Shown piece by piece: positions 30,642-32,000 of a stretch of DNA of 32,000 nucleotides. Location of the stretch: sequence record OY751497.1; one strand, 5' to 3'. Position 1 is the first letter of the stretch; the number at the start of each line of letters is the position of its first letter. The notes beneath the pieces were generated by a model. That model made no database searches and was not told the DNA's origin. It saw only the letters and a list, made by a program, of their open reading frames with translations. The position numbers were made by a program, and so were the translations under genes.

Positions 30642-30667
30642 AAAAACTACGTTACTACGTACAAAAA
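30642..30667 (+). promoter_or_regulatory. motif aaaaactacgttactacgtacaaaaa, 18 nt after the cox3 stop and 15 nt before orf67
   Basis: Identical core to 16061-16085. Confidence 0.35.
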
Positions 30668-30682
30668 GTTTGGTTTCTAAAT

Positions 30683-30886
30683 ATGAAAAGATATTTTAAT
30701 TATATTTATGGAGGTATTCCTACATTCCAAGGTAAAGGAGATTCAAATTTTAAAAATATATTATTTGTGGTTATGTTTTTTTATTGGGTTTATTTAGTTT
30801 TATGGAATATAATTCCAATTTGGAATTATATTTGTACAGTTAAATTTATTTTTATACGTACTTTTTATTATTGGATTTTTAATTAA
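30683..30886 (+). CDS. hypothetical small hydrophobic ORF (orf67), weak
   Basis: 67-aa ORF with four TGG codons, which is unusual for random AT-rich sequence. No recognisable family. It overlaps a repeat word (tatacgtac). Confidence 0.2.
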   Translation: MKRYFNYIYGGIPTFQGKGDSNFKNILFVVMFFYWVYLVLWNIIPIWNYICTVKFIFIRTFYYWIFN

Positions 30887-30940
30887 TATTTATAGAAAAA
30901 CTACTAAGAATAAGTAGAAATTCTACTTATTCGTAGATAA

Positions 30941-31189
30941 ATTATAAAATATTCTGAAAATAATTATATTAAAAATAATATTTGGTTTAATTTATTTATT
31001 TTTATTAATTTATTATTAGGTATATTAGGATGTGTTTATTTTGATATTTTTAATATTATTTATTGTCAAGGTGATGATGATATACTAATTAAAGATGAAA
31101 GCAATTGTAGTTATACAAAGGAAAGTAGTGAAACAAAGGAAAATAATGAGGATAAAGATGGAAACTATAATTTCAGTATTTCTAAATAA
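30941..31189 (+). CDS. open frame of 82 codons without an ATG/GTG/TTG start (would need ATT/ATA): one hydrophobic segment plus an acidic tail
   Basis: My own translation: IIKYSENNYIKNNIWFNLFIFINLLLGILGCVYFDIFNIIYCQGDDDILIKDESNCSYTKESSETKENNEDKDGNYNFSISK*. It is not in the supplied track. Confidence 0.15.
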   Translation: MIKYSENNYIKNNIWFNLFIFINLLLGILGCVYFDIFNIIYCQGDDDILIKDESNCSYTKESSETKENNEDKDGNYNFSISK

Positions 31190-31456
31190 AAACTAATACT
31201 ATGAAATATTATGAAGTAGTACTATGAAGAAATACGTCTACTTCTATTTGAAAAGTCATATATAAATCATACAAAACTACTAAAAATTAAAAACTAGTAT
31301 CTATTAAATATACTAATAAATATTTAATTAATTATTATATTATAAATTCTACCTACTTTTTAATAAATATCAAAATAATAAAATAGTAAATAAAATTAAA
31401 TAAAATTTTAATTTGTTTCTTTATTAATGAAAAATAGTATATATTAAAATATTTAA

Positions 31457-31469
31457 AGTATCCCCTACC
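31457..31469 (+). promoter_or_regulatory. C-run motif (agtatCCCCtacc) downstream of cox3 and the two small ORFs
   Basis: C4 at 31462-31465. This is the first C-run after cox3 in the sense orientation. Confidence 0.35.
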
Positions 31470-31747
31470 TTCTGACTTTTAAATTTATGAACTTCTTCTA
31501 TCTTTATATAAATATAATAGAAGTTGTAGATTTACAAAATATTATCTTAGATATTAAAAAACTACGTATAAAACACTGGTATTACAACTACTAAAAAAAC
31601 ACTAGTACTACAAGTACTAACAAAATATTAGTAAAAAAAAAAAAAAATTGTTTGTTTTAGATAAAGAAAATAGAATAGATAAATTAAATTTTAAATTTAA
31701 AAGAAGATAATAAAAAGTAAAATTTTAATAAATATATTAAAATATAA

Positions 31748-31819
31748 TGCGATATGGTGTAAAGGATAGCACAACAGCCTCATGACCTGTTGGTTTAGGT
31801 TCGATTCCTGATATCGCTA
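31748..31819 (+). tRNA. trnfM: initiator-type tRNA-fMet (anticodon CAU)
   Basis: Acceptor TGCGATA/TATCGCT with a T1:T72 mismatch (an initiator hallmark). D-stem GTGT/GCAC. Loop CTCATGA. T-arm TTAGG-TTCGATT-CCTGA. Confidence 0.8.
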
Positions 31820-31971
31820 ATAAAAAGTAAAAACTACGTAGTACTAACAAAATAATATTTCTAATAAAAAAAATTTATTAATTTAATTAAAGATTAGATT
31901 ATATTAAAAATATATATTAAGTATTTTATTTTATAAATAATATAATTATAATAAATTTAATTTATTTATAA

Positions 31972-32000
31972 AGGGGTTAGCTGAGTGGTTTTAGCAGTAA
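31972..32000 (+). tRNA. 5' part of a tRNA truncated by the window end (class II-like D-arm; identity unknown)
   Basis: aGGGGTTAGCTGAGTGGTTTTAGCAG has an acceptor-like 7-mer, a D-stem CTG/CAG and a GTGG-containing D-loop. The anticodon is not in the window. Confidence 0.4.

Overview
The window is very AT-rich mitochondrial DNA of fungal type. The gene set is cob, nad6, atp6, rnl, a free-standing rps3, atp9, atp8 and cox3, which looks basidiomycete-like, but I cannot assign a taxon without a database search.

Genes fall into alternating strand blocks:
- plus: trnI and cob
- minus: rnl, trnG, atp6, orf311, trnD, nad6
- plus: rps3 and trnM
- minus: trnC, trnR, trnS, trnQ, atp9, trnY
- plus: atp8, trnW, trnL, trnR, cox3, trnfM and a truncated tRNA at the window end

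rnl carries one group I intron with an intact double-motif LAGLIDADG homing endonuclease ORF. I folded 14 complete tRNAs by hand.

Only about 40% of the window is genic. The rest is AT-rich spacer containing a dispersed repeat family built from short palindromic words (ACGT, GTAC, CTAG, TACGTA, ACTAGT, AGTACT), long perfect palindromes, (CAAAAA)n/(TTTTTG)n tracts and short tandem repeats.

The main observations worth a second look:
1. Trp is encoded only by TGG and trnW has a CCA anticodon, so UGA is apparently not a sense codon.
2. A C4-5 motif sits in sense orientation downstream of essentially every mRNA. It is a candidate 3'-end processing signal.
3. An oriented motif with core acgttactacgtacaaaa, together with (CAAAAA)n leaders, sits at gene boundaries.
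4. The ~150 nt leader of the rnl-intron endonuclease ORF is paralogous to the sequence directly upstream of atp8, right up to the ATG.
5. There are linear-plasmid-type DNA polymerase (dpo) remnants.
6. Perfect cob and nad6 fragments are duplicated in the cob/nad6 spacer.
7. orf311 is an unassigned 311-codon membrane-protein ORF that carries the same expression signatures as the bona fide genes.

All coordinates of RNA features are hand-derived and may be off by 1-2 nt.
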